Source: Auanema rhodensis (lineage: Eukaryota > Animalia > Nematoda). From it: 64,000 bases of DNA. The translations under genes were made by a program, and so were the position numbers. The stretch is taken from NCBI GenBank assembly GCA_964057225.1, contig OZ059896.1:16430001-16494000 (forward strand), in the 5' to 3' direction. The notes under the pieces are model-generated. The model searched no databases and was not told the origin of the DNA. It saw only the letters and a program-made list of their open reading frames with translations. Every line of letters starts with the position of its first letter. The first letter of the stretch is position 1. Shown piece after piece: positions 31,527 through 45,378 of this stretch.

Positions 31527-33192
31527 ATGAAGATGAATGTTGTTGAAGAATTGATGAACGGGGGACCATCTGATAGAGAAGTGGATCCCTCTCCTAGTGG
31601 TATTTCAATTTTCTGCGAAATTTATAAAAATGTGATTATTCTTAAGCTATTGGCTCCGAATTTGCCCGCCAGTACTACACCCTTCTCGCTGATTCTCCCA
31701 ATAGCGTTCACAAGTTTTATAGCCATGAGAGTTCCCTCATTTTAAACGATAGAACTATCATTGGTCAGCAAGTAAGTTGATGTTATTTTGTCGTTTTCAA
31801 AATTTTAAAAATTTTCTTAGAATATAGGACGAGCTATCGAAGAACTTGTTGGTGAGAAATGCCGTATTAAGATCGTTTCCGTAAAGGTATTTTTTTTTAA
31901 TTCAAAATGTTTTGTAATTTTCCCAACTTAGGGCTTATCTACTTTCAATGGGGGAATCGCTCTTCAAATTTTCGGTCTTATGAGTGGAAAACGCTTTGTT
32001 CAAACTTTCATTCTTGGACAACAGGGAGCCAAGAAGTACTATGTACAAAATGACCTTCTTCATTTCTTGGATCAAATTTTCCAAGATAAGAGTGATACTG
32101 GAACTACCACCCCAGTTGAGCAGGAAAAAGTTGTCAAGGTTGGTTTTTATAATTTTTAAATTGCTTATAAGTTTTATTAAATTTCCAGACCGTTCAAAAT
32201 GGCTCTGTTCGTAAAATCCCTCATGAAGACAAGCCAGTGTCTCCACAGGTTGACCGCAGCGCTCCACAAAATGAGCGTTCCCTGAATGTCAGTAGCGATG
32301 GTAAACTTATTGAAATGTTAAGGTGTTAATTTTTATTTTGTAGAGAAATCTCATAAGCATAAACACCCTAAGAAGGATGACACCCCAAAGAAGAAAGAAG
32401 AGCCTAAAAAGGAAGAAGAACCAATTCCAGCCCCTGTTGATAACTCTCCTAAAACTTGGGCTAAACTTGTTGGAGGTGGTGGACAATCGAAAACAGCCGT
32501 TCACACTACAGTAACTGCTCCTACTCCCAAGCCTCAACCGAAACCATCCCCCTTGAAGCCTCAAGTTAATGGTATTTCACATTTATTTATTTGGAACTCA
32601 ATATTGCTATTGTAGCTGGCAACACCAACAATACACGCCCAACCCCTCCAGGAGCTAGTGTTCATCAAATTTATGTTGGAGGAATTATTCGCCAGATCAT
32701 TCCATCTACAACGGTTCAAGCTGAACAAGAACTTAGAGATGCCTTTTCAAGTAATTAAAAAAATTATTTTTTTTTCTCATTTATAGTTTTACAGAGTACG
32801 GCACTGTTGAAAATGTAGCTGTTCCAAGAAAGGTTCTTGATAATCCGGCTGATCAAAGTAAGCATGCATTTGCTTTTGTTACCATGAAGACTCAAGATGA
32901 TATTCAAAATGCTCTTCAAGCTGCTCGCAAAGATGTGAGTTATATTGATCATTTTGATCAAAAACTTATTTTTAAGGAACGTGGACATCATTTCCAACTT
33001 AAGTTGGACTCCTTTGGATTTGATGGAGAAGTTCTGATTTCCGAGCAAAGATCTGACAGAGATCGTCCAGGTGGATATCGCCCACGGGGTGGATTTTCTG
33101 GACGTGGTAACAACTTCAATGCTCGTGGTGGAAGAGGAGGAAGAGGTGGATTTAGAGGTGGACATGGAAATACCGGTGGAGCTCAACATTAA
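31527..33192 (+). CDS. gtbp-1: G3BP/Rasputin stress-granule protein (NTF2-like, acidic/Pro linker, RRM, RGG)
   Basis: NTF2-like: IGSEFARQYY...KFYSHES...FVQTFILGQQGAKKYYVQND. It also has the PKTWAKLV motif. RRM: IYVGGI...HAFAFVTM. The C-terminus is RGG-rich. Confidence 0.9.
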
Positions 33193-33771
33193 TTTACTGT
33201 TCATCGCTCTCTCTGCAACTTCTCGCCCCCTACCCCTCATTTCACTCTTGTAAATTTAACTGGTTCATATTACTATTAGCACGTTCTTGTTCTACATTCA
33301 AATGTTTAATATTTTTATTTGTTTTCCTCGCACTTCCCGGTTTCTTAACCCAGAAAGCGATACATGCCTTACTCAGAACCCGCGGGCTTTGGATAAGGGA
33401 TTTACACAGTATACGTTGTTTTGTAATAGATCTCTTGACATCGCTCGTCGATGTTAGCTCAATATCCGTTTTTTTTATCTTGGTCTTTGCGGGCTTTTGG
33501 TTTCTAATATATTATTTATTGTGGACCATGTTGCGGTCTGTTAGAGCGAAGATATGAGAAATTCACGGAGTTAACTGTCTTTTTGACATGAGGTGGGCTT
33601 TTGGTGCTTTTCCTGAGGTACACCCGTTGTTTTTCAAAACTGTTTCAACGTCGAAGAGTTATGTTGAATTGTAATAAAATGCAAATTAAATTTTTAATGT
33701 ATGATTTACGAGTTCGTTGTTATGCCTGTGAATGGTTGTCAATATAAATTTTTCATGATATATTAGACAGA

Positions 33772-36700
33772 ATGGATGATGAGTTTAATGTGATAGGAGG
33801 AGATGAGGAACTTGCTTACCCGTAAGGCTTCATCTTTTCCCTATTCTTTGATTATTCCTGTTGTATTTAAGATCAGATGAAGTCTTTGCAAACAATACCG
33901 CGTCAGTCCATGAACCTACTGTTTTAACTGAGCTAAATGGTATTGGACGGAAGTCTGTTAAACGACGTTTCAATGAAGAAGCTGATGATTCCTTCGTGCA
34001 CCCAATTGGTATGAATTTTCAAGATTATTTAAAATCTGTCTCACAACAATTGTTAAAGATTGGCATATGTCTATGTCTGTTACGTTTGAGGAGAGAGAAG
34101 CGAAAAGGCAGAAACAATTAATTGAAGAAGATGTTATTGATAGAATGACAAGCAAGATCATAGAAACCAGAAATAAGAGGCTATCTATTCAAAAAGTTGA
34201 AGAAATTGTTACTCCTGAAATAGCCGACGAAGACAAGGTATAATTCTAACTAGTACATCTGTCCCAAATTAGATATATCAGTTATTGCGTTATCCACCTT
34301 CTGATGGCTCAGATTGGATTGGTGTTAGTACAGATACTAATGATGCCAGGTGAGATTATCGTACAATAATGCTTAATAATGCTTTTCAGGTTTTATATCC
34401 GATATCGGAAGAAGAAAACACATTCACGAAATTTTGATGAAAATAAAAAATCTCTTAGATCTGTCGAAGCTTTACATCAACTTCTTACTGAAGAAAAAGA
34501 ATTACGGTATGTGTTGAATGATATTTTCTTTTCCACAACATTGTTTCAGCGAACAAAATACTAGGAAATTGGAAAATGAGCGTCTTCGTCAAACTCTACC
34601 GTCCACTTCCGCAGAGCCATCGGATACATTATGGGTAAACAAGTATAGTCCTACCAATTTCCCTGATCTTCTTGGTGATGATGTATATTCTTTTCCAATT
34701 TATTGCTTATATATTTGTCCTGATCTTCTAGGCCATCAATCGCAACGTGCTTATATGGCTAAAATTGTGGGATGAATGTGTTTTCAAAAAGAAAGTTAAT
34801 GAAATTGAAAACCTTGTAAGCGAGAAAGATAGAAACATATATTGCTTGGATGGCGGAAAACCCCGTAGACCAAACAATAAGATACTTCTTCTCTCTGGAC
34901 CTGCTGGTTTGGGTAAAACAACCCTGGCTGGTGTCATAGCAAAGCATTGTGGTTATGCCACAGTTGAGTTAAATGCTAGTGATAGTCGTAATATTTCTGA
35001 TTTCGATCGAGTTATCGAAGGAGCTTTAAGAAGTTCACGGAACATCGACTCTGTAAGTGAAAGTTGTCTGATTAAAGTTAATCTAAGTTTATTTAGAAAT
35101 CTGGAGGAAAGCCAAATTGTTTAATTCTTGACGAAATTGATGGAGCTCCTGTGGAAGCTATCAGATTTTTGGTTAAAATAATTCAGCTCACAGGTCGGAA
35201 AGCTATTCGAAGACCTATAATCTGTATTTGCAATAATTTGTACAGAAGAGTTGATGTAAATTAGCTTATTGTATTGCTTTCTAGATTCACTCCAGCTCTT
35301 CGAGAACTCCGAGCAATCGCTCTCAATGTTACAGTTCTTCCAACTAGAAAAGAACGATTGATTGAAAGACTGGTTCATGTACGATGTTTTAGATATATTT
35401 CGATGTTTTATATTTCTGCTTTTCTTTCAGATAGCAAATAGAGAGCAAGTACGAATTGACCATGCTGCTCTTGGTCATCTCATTGAACGTTGTCATTGTG
35501 ATGTTCGACTTTCCTTGAATTTACTCCAATACGTCTCATATGCCGCACGAGCAGAGAGGAAACTTATAACATTGAGTGATATTGAAAAAGTATTACAATA
35601 ACAGTATAACATTGCAAATATTTTCTGAATAATTATCTTTTAGGCTGCTGAAAGAGAAAATGTAGGCTCTGAATCCATATTTGAGAACTGGGCAACCATC
35701 TTGGATTTCACCCATCATTTAGACAAGTATTACTTGACTTACAGTAATTTGACAATAACGTTTGTCTTGTTTTTTAGCAAGGGTGTGTTACACACCACCG
35801 AAAAACGAATGAAAACAATAGAAAAAGTTGTTTCGTCCTGTGGGGACGATCGCTTTGTAACAGGATTACATTCGAATTTCATTCGTTTACCTCTCCCTAT
35901 CGGAATTTTGAATAGAACCATGGAGTTGTTTTTATTCTACGACAGATTGAACGTCACGGTAATTGGGGAATATAACACCGTTTTTAAAACTTTTTTAAAA
36001 ATAGATTGCTCAAACTCAAAATTATGGATTAATGAGATATTTATTTACTTTCTATTGCCAGTTACATATGGTTGTAGCTACTCATCATAAGTTAGAACAT
36101 TTCATTTGTTGAATATAAATTATATATTCTTACAGAGCTGCCTTAAAATATCCTCAATTGGAACAAACTGTAGTACAACGATCTCGAGAATCAATTGAAA
36201 CTGTAAATGCTGTACGAGCTACTTTGGTTATTCCAAATAATCCAACAAGTTTGATAACTGATATTTTGCCACTCCTGGTTACAATAGTTCAACCTGCCTT
36301 GAAGCCGGTAACTCGAATTATTAATGATAACTCAGTTAATGCATTTTTTTAGATGAACGAATATCTTTATAGTGCCAGAGATCTGAAAATAATTGCTAAT
36401 ATTGTGAAAATTATGTGCGGATTCAATTTAACTTATACTGCGTCGACAATAAATGGACAAGTCCAGTATACTTTCTTACCGTGAGTTTGTTTTAACTGTC
36501 AACTCTTAACATCTCAAAGTTTCTAAATTCACTAATTTGTTTTTCGAATACTTTGTTCTGAGCGCACACTTAATTAGCATACTATGTTTGCGTTATTCTT
36601 AATTTCAAATGTATTTTGAACGGTTGTTTTGTGCCCATCTTCCTAGTTATAGTATCATATTTTGAATTCCAGACCGGTTGATGTTTTAACTTTGTATAAT

Positions 36701-37025
36701 CTGAATGATGTTAATCATCGTGTTTGTTTACCAAATACTATGCGTCAATTAATAGTCAAAAAGGTTACCCTTTAAGTTTTTTGTCACACTCAACTTTAAT
36801 TTGTAGATCGACCTTTGTAAGAAAAATAGCAAGATTGAAGAAGCTTTGGGTTGCTCGGGAACTACAAATAATGACACAGTACCAGCTGTACCAAGTACCA
36901 AAGCAATGGATCATATATTACCTAAAAAAGAGCCTACTAACAAAGTTCCATTACATTACAAGTATAATCAAGGTTTCAGTAACGCTGTGAAAAAGAGCAT
37001 TCGCATGTCATATTTTGTTATGTAG
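33772..37025 (+). CDS. chtf-18: CTF18 (RFC-like clamp loader large subunit)
   Basis: LWVNKYSPTNFPDLLGDD, NRNVLIWLKLWD, Walker A LLLSGPAGLGKTT, ELNASD, Walker B CLILDEIDG, RRPIICICNNL, and the C-terminal Dcc1-binding-type motif YKYNQGFSNAVKKSI. Confidence 0.93.
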
Positions 37026-37247
37026 TTGTAAATACTAATACTTAAAAATATCATTACTATAACTTCCATTCCACTATCGCAATATCTACCAAGATCTTTT
37101 ACTTGTAAATGTTTTTCATAACTGGTAATGAATTTTTACATATCGATAGTCTTCTTTGTTATGAATTTCAGCAGTTGAGGTTACTTCAATCCTTTAAGAT
37201 CTAAATAATCCATGTAGTAAACTGGATTTGGATTTTTGCAGAGTTGC

Positions 37248-38649
37248 ATGGCGGACTCGAGGGAAATACAGAAACAAGCAATAAAGTCAATTGAAAGTAT
37301 TATTTTGAATTTTGTTAATATTCTCTTCTCTGAGAAAGCAAAGCGATTGATCCTGAAAAAGTTGTTTAGTTTTTGAATTTCGCTCTAAACATACATATTT
37401 CCAGATCAGATGATGTAACTCAGCTTCAACTAGAGTTTTCTTGCAAGAAATATCCGAAGTTGGCATATAATATGTGCACTTTAGCACAAGTATATAGGCT
37501 ATTAAGTTCCGACTTAGAAAGTACAAAACGGTTAGAACTTTAGATTTCCCCCCCCCCCCCCCGGTATTCACTTTTTCCAGTGATCTGTACTATGAACACA
37601 AATTGCTTTATAAACATCAAGTGAATTTGGACAGATCAATCTCTGCTGTTTGTGAACTTCTCGGGGAGCGACGCACTAATTTGAACATAGTGAGTAGTGT
37701 TCTGTGAACTCAAGTCAATAGAAATCTTTTGAGGTATCGAGTAGTAAAGGATTAATAGCAGGCTCTATCACATTTATGAATAATGAAGGCTTATTAATTG
37801 ATTGTAGGATTAAGCCTGTGCTAATAGTCGGTTAGTGCTTTAATAAAGAAAAGATTATAAGTTCAACTTTGAGCATTTAGAAAGTTTGATTGGTTTCCGA
37901 ATATTAAGTACTGCTCAATACATCATTGTTGTCGAGAAAGATGCTACATTTCAGAAGATTCTAGACGAACGATTTTCTGATATTCTTCCAGATGCTCTGC
38001 TTGTAACTGTGATACCGCATTGTTTAACCATGTGTTTACCCAGTATTTTTCAGGGTAAAGGCTATCCAGATATTTGCACTCGAAATTTTCTCAAATGGGT
38101 TGTTAGTGAATTGAAGTGTCCCATATATGGCTTGTTTGATGCAGATCCCCACGGTATCTGATACGTTGATACTCTGTTGTTCAATTCTATATTAGGTATG
38201 GAAATTATGTTAACATATAAATATGGATCAATGCAAGATAAAATGGAAGGAAAGGGAGCATTTATTTCAAATATGAAGTGGATAGGGTGGCGTAATCCTT
38301 CAGAATATCGAAAAACAGTTGTTTTTTGAATTTTAGGATGAAACCAACAGATGGTAAACTTTTCAATGTAGCTGACAATCAATATCTTCCTCTTTCTCAT
38401 AGAGACTATAAAAAACTAATAAGGCTTCGGAGACGCGCTATTATTCTCAAAGAATTTGAAGTTGCTGAAGAGGTTAGTCGTGTAAAATTTTTCATCTCTT
38501 AACGTAATTTGGAATTATTCTTTATAAAGGTTGATTACATACGTGAACTTCAAAAGAAGCTAGAATTAGAAGCTATTTCTTCCATTTCGCCTGAATTTTT
38601 GGTGAGAAATCTAATCATGCCCCGTGTGAACCCTTCAATGCTCGATTGA
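37248..38649 (+). CDS. spo-11: Meiotic topoisomerase VI-A-like double-strand-break protein SPO11
   Basis: STKR|DLYY (catalytic Tyr), SSKGLIAG, Toprim IIVVEKDATFQ, GKGYPD..TR.F, LFDADPHG and KLELEAI. Confidence 0.95.
37548..37562. repeat. C15 homopolymer (G15 on minus strand) in spo-11 intron 2
   Basis: Direct reading, inside the 50-nt intron 37531-37580. Confidence 0.9.
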
Positions 38650-39105
38650 ACAAGTAATCAATTTTTTTGAACTTATTTAGTCATGAACGTACCATAATCA
38701 ATTTAAAGAGTATTAAATAAAAAAATCCTTAAAGCTATAAGTATGAAAACTGTTGAATTTTCATTATATTACTGAATATATTACTTTATCTTGATTTGCG
38801 ATAATCAATATTTAAAATAACATTTATAAATTGGCTTTTAGTGGCACAAATAGATATGTACAATTATTAGTACGAGCAAATTATATCATCATCAGGTCGT
38901 ACGACCATAATTTTCAAATAATGAAGCAAAACAACTGAAGAATGATGATGCTGGTGAGTTGACTTATAAAACGACACAAAAGCAACAGAGACTGATTGAA
39001 AATATAGTAGTATTTTGTTATGATGAATGAGAGCAAGATCGCAGTACATGTACCCAGGAATTACACGATAAACGGCAGACTACTGGCATTACGGAAGAAG
39101 CCAAT

Positions 39106-42100
39106 TTATGGAAGATCACCAGTGTTCACAAAGTACTTCAACTGGTCTTCTGAGTTAACAACCACCAATCGTCGTTGGACCACATGATCTCCACTCAGAG
39201 CCATTAATTGCTGCTCAACTGAAACGGGAAATGCGTGTTGAATTAGAAAGTAGTTTGCTTACGGGATAAAGGTTTATTCGTCAGCATGCTCGCTGTTATG
39301 CCAAATTGACGAGCAAGATCGGGATCTCTTTCGAGAGCTTCGCGAATTTGCTCCAAAGATAGAGCGCGTTTAGGCCGTTCATTAGGACATCCATCAACTT
39401 CTGGGCACTTTTGCTGAAAAAAATTTCAATTATACGTAGAAATACTGTGGTGTAGCTTCATTAAGTAAGATTTGAATTTACCTTTGGACAAGCTCCAAAT
39501 GGACAAATTCGGATAAGACAAGTGTACAAAACTTGAGGGGTTGTTTGATAACGAAAAGACTCAACGACAACCTAAGATAATGCATTAAAAGTGAACCAGA
39601 TTCCAAACATACCTTTAGTCCATAGTCAGACTGTGATGGTGGACATACCAACCCTACAAAGTCAACAGGGCAACTATCCTTGATGATTGGTAAGACTTCT
39701 TTCTCCCATTCATACTTTGGATCAACAGGTTCCGATTGACATCCGATGATAGACATGTGATCAGCTAAAATTTTTTTATGGTGATGTGTGAATTTGAAAC
39801 TTAAAGCCTTACGTGGAATTGGATAATGTGGAGTGAAAGCAAATGATATCTTAGATCCTACGACAACTCCATCAACTGGACGACCATCCTTGTAGATATC
39901 AAAAGATACTGGTTCTTTAACGGTTGTTACAATTTTCTGGCTACAACAGATTTATTAGTGGTTTTTTTATTATCTGTTTTTACTTAATGGAAGCAGATGA
40001 GCCTGGTGGTGATCCTGGAGCTCGTTGAACAGGTCTCGAACTAGTTCTAACTGGGGTTGTTGTCTGAATAAAGAAGATTAAAAGTTAACTAGCGAATTCT
40101 TTCTGAGTTTCAAACGAACAATATAATACGAGTTAATTTCTTCTTCCTTCATTAAAAAATTAAGAAAAAGAACTTACGGAGTGTGTAGTTGTAGTTGTGG
40201 GGAGTGTAGTTGTAGTTGTAGTTGTTCTGAAAAACGAAGCAAATGAAATCATCTCAACAATCATAAAAGCATTATCCCAGTTAAAAAGCAAATTGTAATT
40301 TTTCTATCTACACTATATGGACTATGGACTAAGTTGAAAAAAAAATTTAGACATGCTGATACCTCTTCTTGCTCATCTTGGTATTCATATTGATATTTGA
40401 TTTCTCAGGATTTTCTTTTTCATCATGTTTCTCTATTGTTGTTGGTTGATTATCTACCATATGGCTTAATTTCAATAACATAGCCATAATATCTCCTTCA
40501 ATATCTTTCAATGGTAATGATGCTAAGCTTCTATATTCCGTTTTCTTAGGGGCTGGTTTCTGCTCTCTTCTGAGGGGAACTTTTGGCTTCGGGCTTGGGA
40601 CACGGTTTGATGGATGTCGTGGTAATGGCAATTTCTTATCGTCCTTTTGGATTACAGGTTGAACAGTTGTAGCTTTCGACGTACTATGAATAGGCTCGCG
40701 ACGGTGAACTACTCCTTTGTTAACTGTCAGAGTATGTCCTCGTCGAGGTACTGCAGTGCTTGTGCTTATAGTCAGTGCTGCCGTTGTTGTGGCTTCAGGA
40801 GCAACTTTCTTCTGAGTTTGACGAGCTATAGCAAATCCATTGGCTGGCTTTCGACTTTGATGATGCTGACGAGCTGTTCCCACATGACGTGTTGTCGATG
40901 GTATTCTCGATGTTGTCGTAGAAGGAGCTACAGTAGTATTTATTTGTTTATGAATTTTGGAAATTTGACGATTTGGTATAGGAACAGGGCGCTTAACAGT
41001 TGGCCGTGTTGCTCGGAATATTGGGGACAGAGGAGCGGACGTGGTAACTAAACCTCGCAGTACATCAAGATCTTTGAGATTAATATCATCAGATTTGAGT
41101 ATATCTTCAATCGGGGTTCCTTGTTCCAAGAGGTTAGAAATGCGCTCAAGGGTGGGATTCCATGGAACAGTAGGGACAGATTGAGTCGCCTTTGAAACTG
41201 TTGCGGAACTAATTTTTCTTTTCAAAGTTTTTGTGGTAGGGGTTACATTATGTGCAAGTGAATGTGTGGATGAACTAGCAGTGCTTCGTAGCGGCAGTTT
41301 GCTTTTTATTGGGTGAGCCGAAGTTGTTCGTAAGACAGGCTTTGATTTTGGTGTAACAACAGGCTTGGCCGCTCGAATAGGAGTTGTTGGTCTTTTCTTT
41401 GCAAGAGTAATAGGCTTTGGTACAGGGCTTGTCGTTGTAGCAGCGGTTGTTACTATAGGTCTTTTCTGTTGACGATTTATCTTTTTAGGTGGTCGACTTT
41501 GAGAAGATACTTTAGCGACTGCAATGGTCGGTTTAGGAATTTTCTTTTCTTGCTCAATGATTGAACGGGCTTTATTCTCTACTAATTGCATTTTACGAAG
41601 ATGTTCCTGAACAGGCTGAGAGGGTTCTTTCGTAATCACTTGAGGAATATGTCTGGGTTTGTTTGGAATTGTAGCTGCATGTGTTCGAATAGACGAAGGA
41701 GTAGTACTTGATGGGAAGCCAGTTGATGAGACTTCAGGAGTAGTTGAAGGAATTTCATTAATCATTGAAACTGGTGGATTGGATTTTAATGTGGTCGTAG
41801 TTGCAATAGCTGGTGTTTCGACCTTTTGCACTTGTTCACCTCGAGCTAAGACAGCTGGAATTGTGATTTCAACTACAGATGATGTTGTAGATGTTGGTAT
41901 ATTTGGAGAAGTAGTGGCAAACAATGGTTCTTTGGTAACATTCATTGAAACACCATTTTCAATCATAACAGTCTTCTTCTCTTCAAATGTTTCAACCATC
42001 TCTGTGTCGCTAAGAGGATTGGGTTCAGCTTGGATTATAGAACCATCCGGTTCGAATTGTGGTTCAAAAGAGCTTACAATGTTTTTATCTTGACTTGTTG

Positions 42101-45100
42101 TACCAGTTAAAGTGGTTGAAGGAGCTTCCGAAGTTGTTGAGGAAAGAGTGGTAGATGCGGAACTTACCGTGGTTGTATCAAACAGAGGTGACTCTTTCGG
42201 GCCATATTCTTGAGTTGGTTCACGATTAGCTAAAATCTCCTCTATAACAACTTCTACTGCCCGTTCTTTCTCTTCTAGGGTTTCGTTTGTGGTTACTTCC
42301 ATTTTTGGTACTTCTGTTGTTATTGTGGTTGTGGTTGTAGTTGTTGTTGTAGTAGTTGTTGCTATTTTTGTTGTTGTAGCTGCTTCTGTTGTAGTTGATA
42401 TTGGAACTGTTTGGGTAGGAGTAGTAGAGCTTGGGAATTCAGAAGAAGCGGATGCAGTGGTAGTGGAAGCGGAAGCAGTTGTCACCTTAGACATTTCATT
42501 AGTATTGGGGCGAGTGGTAGAACTAGTGATAGAATCAGTGCTAGTGCTCGAGACAATTGTGGTTTGAGTTGGATTGGCATTAGCAGGCTGTGCTGTCGAA
42601 GTGGTGCTAGATTCAATAGCGGTGGCATGCATGCTTGAAGAATTATTTCCAAAAGAAATCTCCAAAACCCCGTTATTGTTTTCAAGGCTAGTGTTTGGAA
42701 CCATTACAGGTTGATTATCTTTTTGTTCTCCTAGTTCATTTGTTTCGAAAATATTCAAATTAACTTGCGTTTGCGTTGTGGTCGTTGGTGGACGAGTTGT
42801 CGTTGATGTAGTTGTGGTAGGTGTTGTTGTGGTAGTAGGAGCTGGAGTTGTAGTTGCTGAAGTGGTAGTTGGAGCTCTTGTAGTGGTAGTGGTAGTGGTA
42901 GTAGTTGTTGTTGTAGTAGTTGATGGAGTTGGTGGTTGAACAGTAGTAGTGGTCCTTGGAACAGTACGTGGCGTTGTTAAAGGTAATGGGAATGTTTCCT
43001 TCTTTGGTTGTACTGTCTCCTTAGCCAACATGGAGAACAGAGCATGCGCTGAGGCTTCCATTTGCTTGGTTCTAAAATTTATTTTTACAGTGTTTTAACA
43101 AGCTGATATTATATTGACGTACGTAGTTAATTCGTTGATTGGCTTGATGGGAGTCACAGATGTCTTTGAGGAGGTTTGGATAGGACATTTTGCTTGATAA
43201 GTCAAGTCATCTGGAGTAATAAAGTAAAGAGGTTCAACACCATCAGTAGAAAGAACTACTTCCAAAACCATTTCATTTCCCTGAAATATGATTTCATTTC
43301 AATGTCATGTATATATTCGTTTTACCTTGAATCTGATACTGTCACTGCAATTCTTACTAACAGTTGGTGAAGGGAAGAAATATTCAAAAGAATCTTCTTC
43401 CTTAGGCTCAATTCGACAAGTGAAGAAATCATATAATCCATAAAGAGCTCCAGTGTATGGGAATTTACTCTTTACGCGAACAATGACTCCATCTTCTCTG
43501 CATTCTTGTTCAAATTTGAAAGATTCGGACACTGAAAATAGATTAAAATTAAAATAACATATTAACTAAATATAGATTATCAAATGTAAAATACATTTTT
43601 GTAGACAATTTGAATATTTAAATAAAAACAATGCTGTTAGCAATTTACGTATAAATTTCATTTTTCATTTTTTTGAGTGACTCGATATGCAGCTGTTTTC
43701 TTTAAATTCCAAAAACGTATCTAATAATAATAAAAAAAAAGTTTTATATTTCAGGAATTATACGATTCGTTTCAACTGACACAGTCATGATTATGAAAAC
43801 ATGAAGTGATCAAGGTAATCAAGTGTCACCCCTCTCTTCCCTTCAAATAGGTTTGTGATTTTAACCTTTTCGACGGGAATTATATTTGGTATCGATAATA
43901 CTTCTCTTTTCTTTTAGTTTTTTTCTTTTAACAAATCGAGACTACCGACAATTAGATTTCTTTTTTTCACAATAATCCGCTCACTTCCCTCTTTTAATAG
44001 TTTCGTTTGTATTGTGTCGAACACAAACGACTTAATATGATGGTTGATGAATGTCAGCACAATCCGAGCCTTCTCGGGTTTTTCTCAATTCAGGTCTATT
44101 CATCGTTTTTGAGGTCAAATACCGATATTGACTTCTCTAGCATATGTCTCCATAGTTTTTAGGATGAGCCGATTTCCGCACAACTTGACCGGATCAGGCA
44201 ATGTGCGTCGTAATCCATGTAAACTTCATAAAGTGTATCCAACTTCAAAAACTCATTTATGAATTTGAATAGTTAATCGAACTATCGATTACTTATTACG
44301 TCTCATATCTAGTATATATATATTTCAAATATTCTGTGCTGATGATGAATAATAGACCGGCTTAGCCCTCAGGAAATATTACAGACAGGTCAATAGGTAA
44401 TCAAGTCGATTACAAATGCATTGCGGATGTGACCAGTTTGAGATTTATACGGATGGTAAAATCAATTGAGGTACTCGTAACTAGTATTTGCTGATTTGGC
44501 ATTCAAAAGAATAAAGTTAAAGATAAAAAGAGTTTAACTTACTGTTATAGCAGTTATTCTCATAATAATCAATTCTGAAGTTGGGGTTGTTATTCAGTTT
44601 GACTGAGCCGGGCTTGGTCAGCTGAGAATTAGCTGATAGATGACATCCTCCATCAGTTCGGTTAAAACTAATTGAACGACATGGGAATCTAAAAAAAATT
44701 GGAAAATATTACATGAAAATAAGGAAATTATTACGAAGCTTCTTCGAGACATTCTGTCAAACATTCTTCTAAACTACTCATTTTCTTGACGTGAGTAACT
44801 TCGCTATGATCCATGTAACGATCAGAAAGGAAAGTAAAAGCATAATCAGCTCCACATTTCCTAGTCGCTATAAGAAAATATGAATCATTATTAGAAAATA
44901 AAAATAATATAAGCTTACAGTTCAGACAATATTTCCAATAGAAGGAATATCTGTCATCAGCCTCAACATATCCATCAACATTCTGAAGTTGATGTGGCTG
45001 GAATACATCACAGTGATGAGAGAAACCATCAGGAGATGGATGGTGATTTAAAGCAGCACATTCTAGCTTTCTACCTGTAAAATGAAAAAAATCTTATTTG

Positions 45101-45378
45101 AATATTTGAGAGTGATATTATTAACCTGGAACAAGTGGATCTTCTCCTAAACTGCAAGCACTTTCACAAGCTTTTAAATTCAAGCGAGCATTGGTTACAG
45201 CTTTGAAATTGAGTTTAACTCGTGGCCATCTAACATAATATGGATTACATGTTGGTTGTGCTGTAAAAATAATAAATATACCATTTTATATACATATCTT
45301 CTAATTGGGAATTTACAAAAACTCACTGGCATATGCCAACGGCAGTAAAACTAAGACGAAGCAACAAATGCTCCTCAT
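39106..45378 (-). CDS. let-653: Secreted apical-ECM protein: 2 PAN domains, ZP-N, mucin-like linker, ZP-C
   Basis: Signal peptide MRSICCFVLVLLPLAYA. PAN: YYVRWPRVKLNFKAV...QPHQLQNVDGYVEADDR. ZP-N: PYTGALYGLYDFFTCR...GNEMVLEVVLSTDG. The MEASAHALF segment leads into a Thr/Pro-rich linker. ZP-C: GCQSEPVDPKYEWE...VGLVCPP. There is an RPKR cleavage site, and the end is QRRLVVVNSEDQLKYFVNTGDLP*. Confidence 0.93.

Noticed and set aside
36481-36672. Unusually long (~190 nt) chtf-18 intron as a possible snoRNA host
   Set aside because: I could not identify C/D boxes with a terminal stem or a convincing H/ACA two-hairpin layout by eye. It would need snoscan, snoGPS or Infernal.
40647-42685. Plus-strand Val-rich ORFs and alternative-frame ORFs
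   Set aside because: These are antisense or frame shadows of the Thr-rich let-653 mucin exon.
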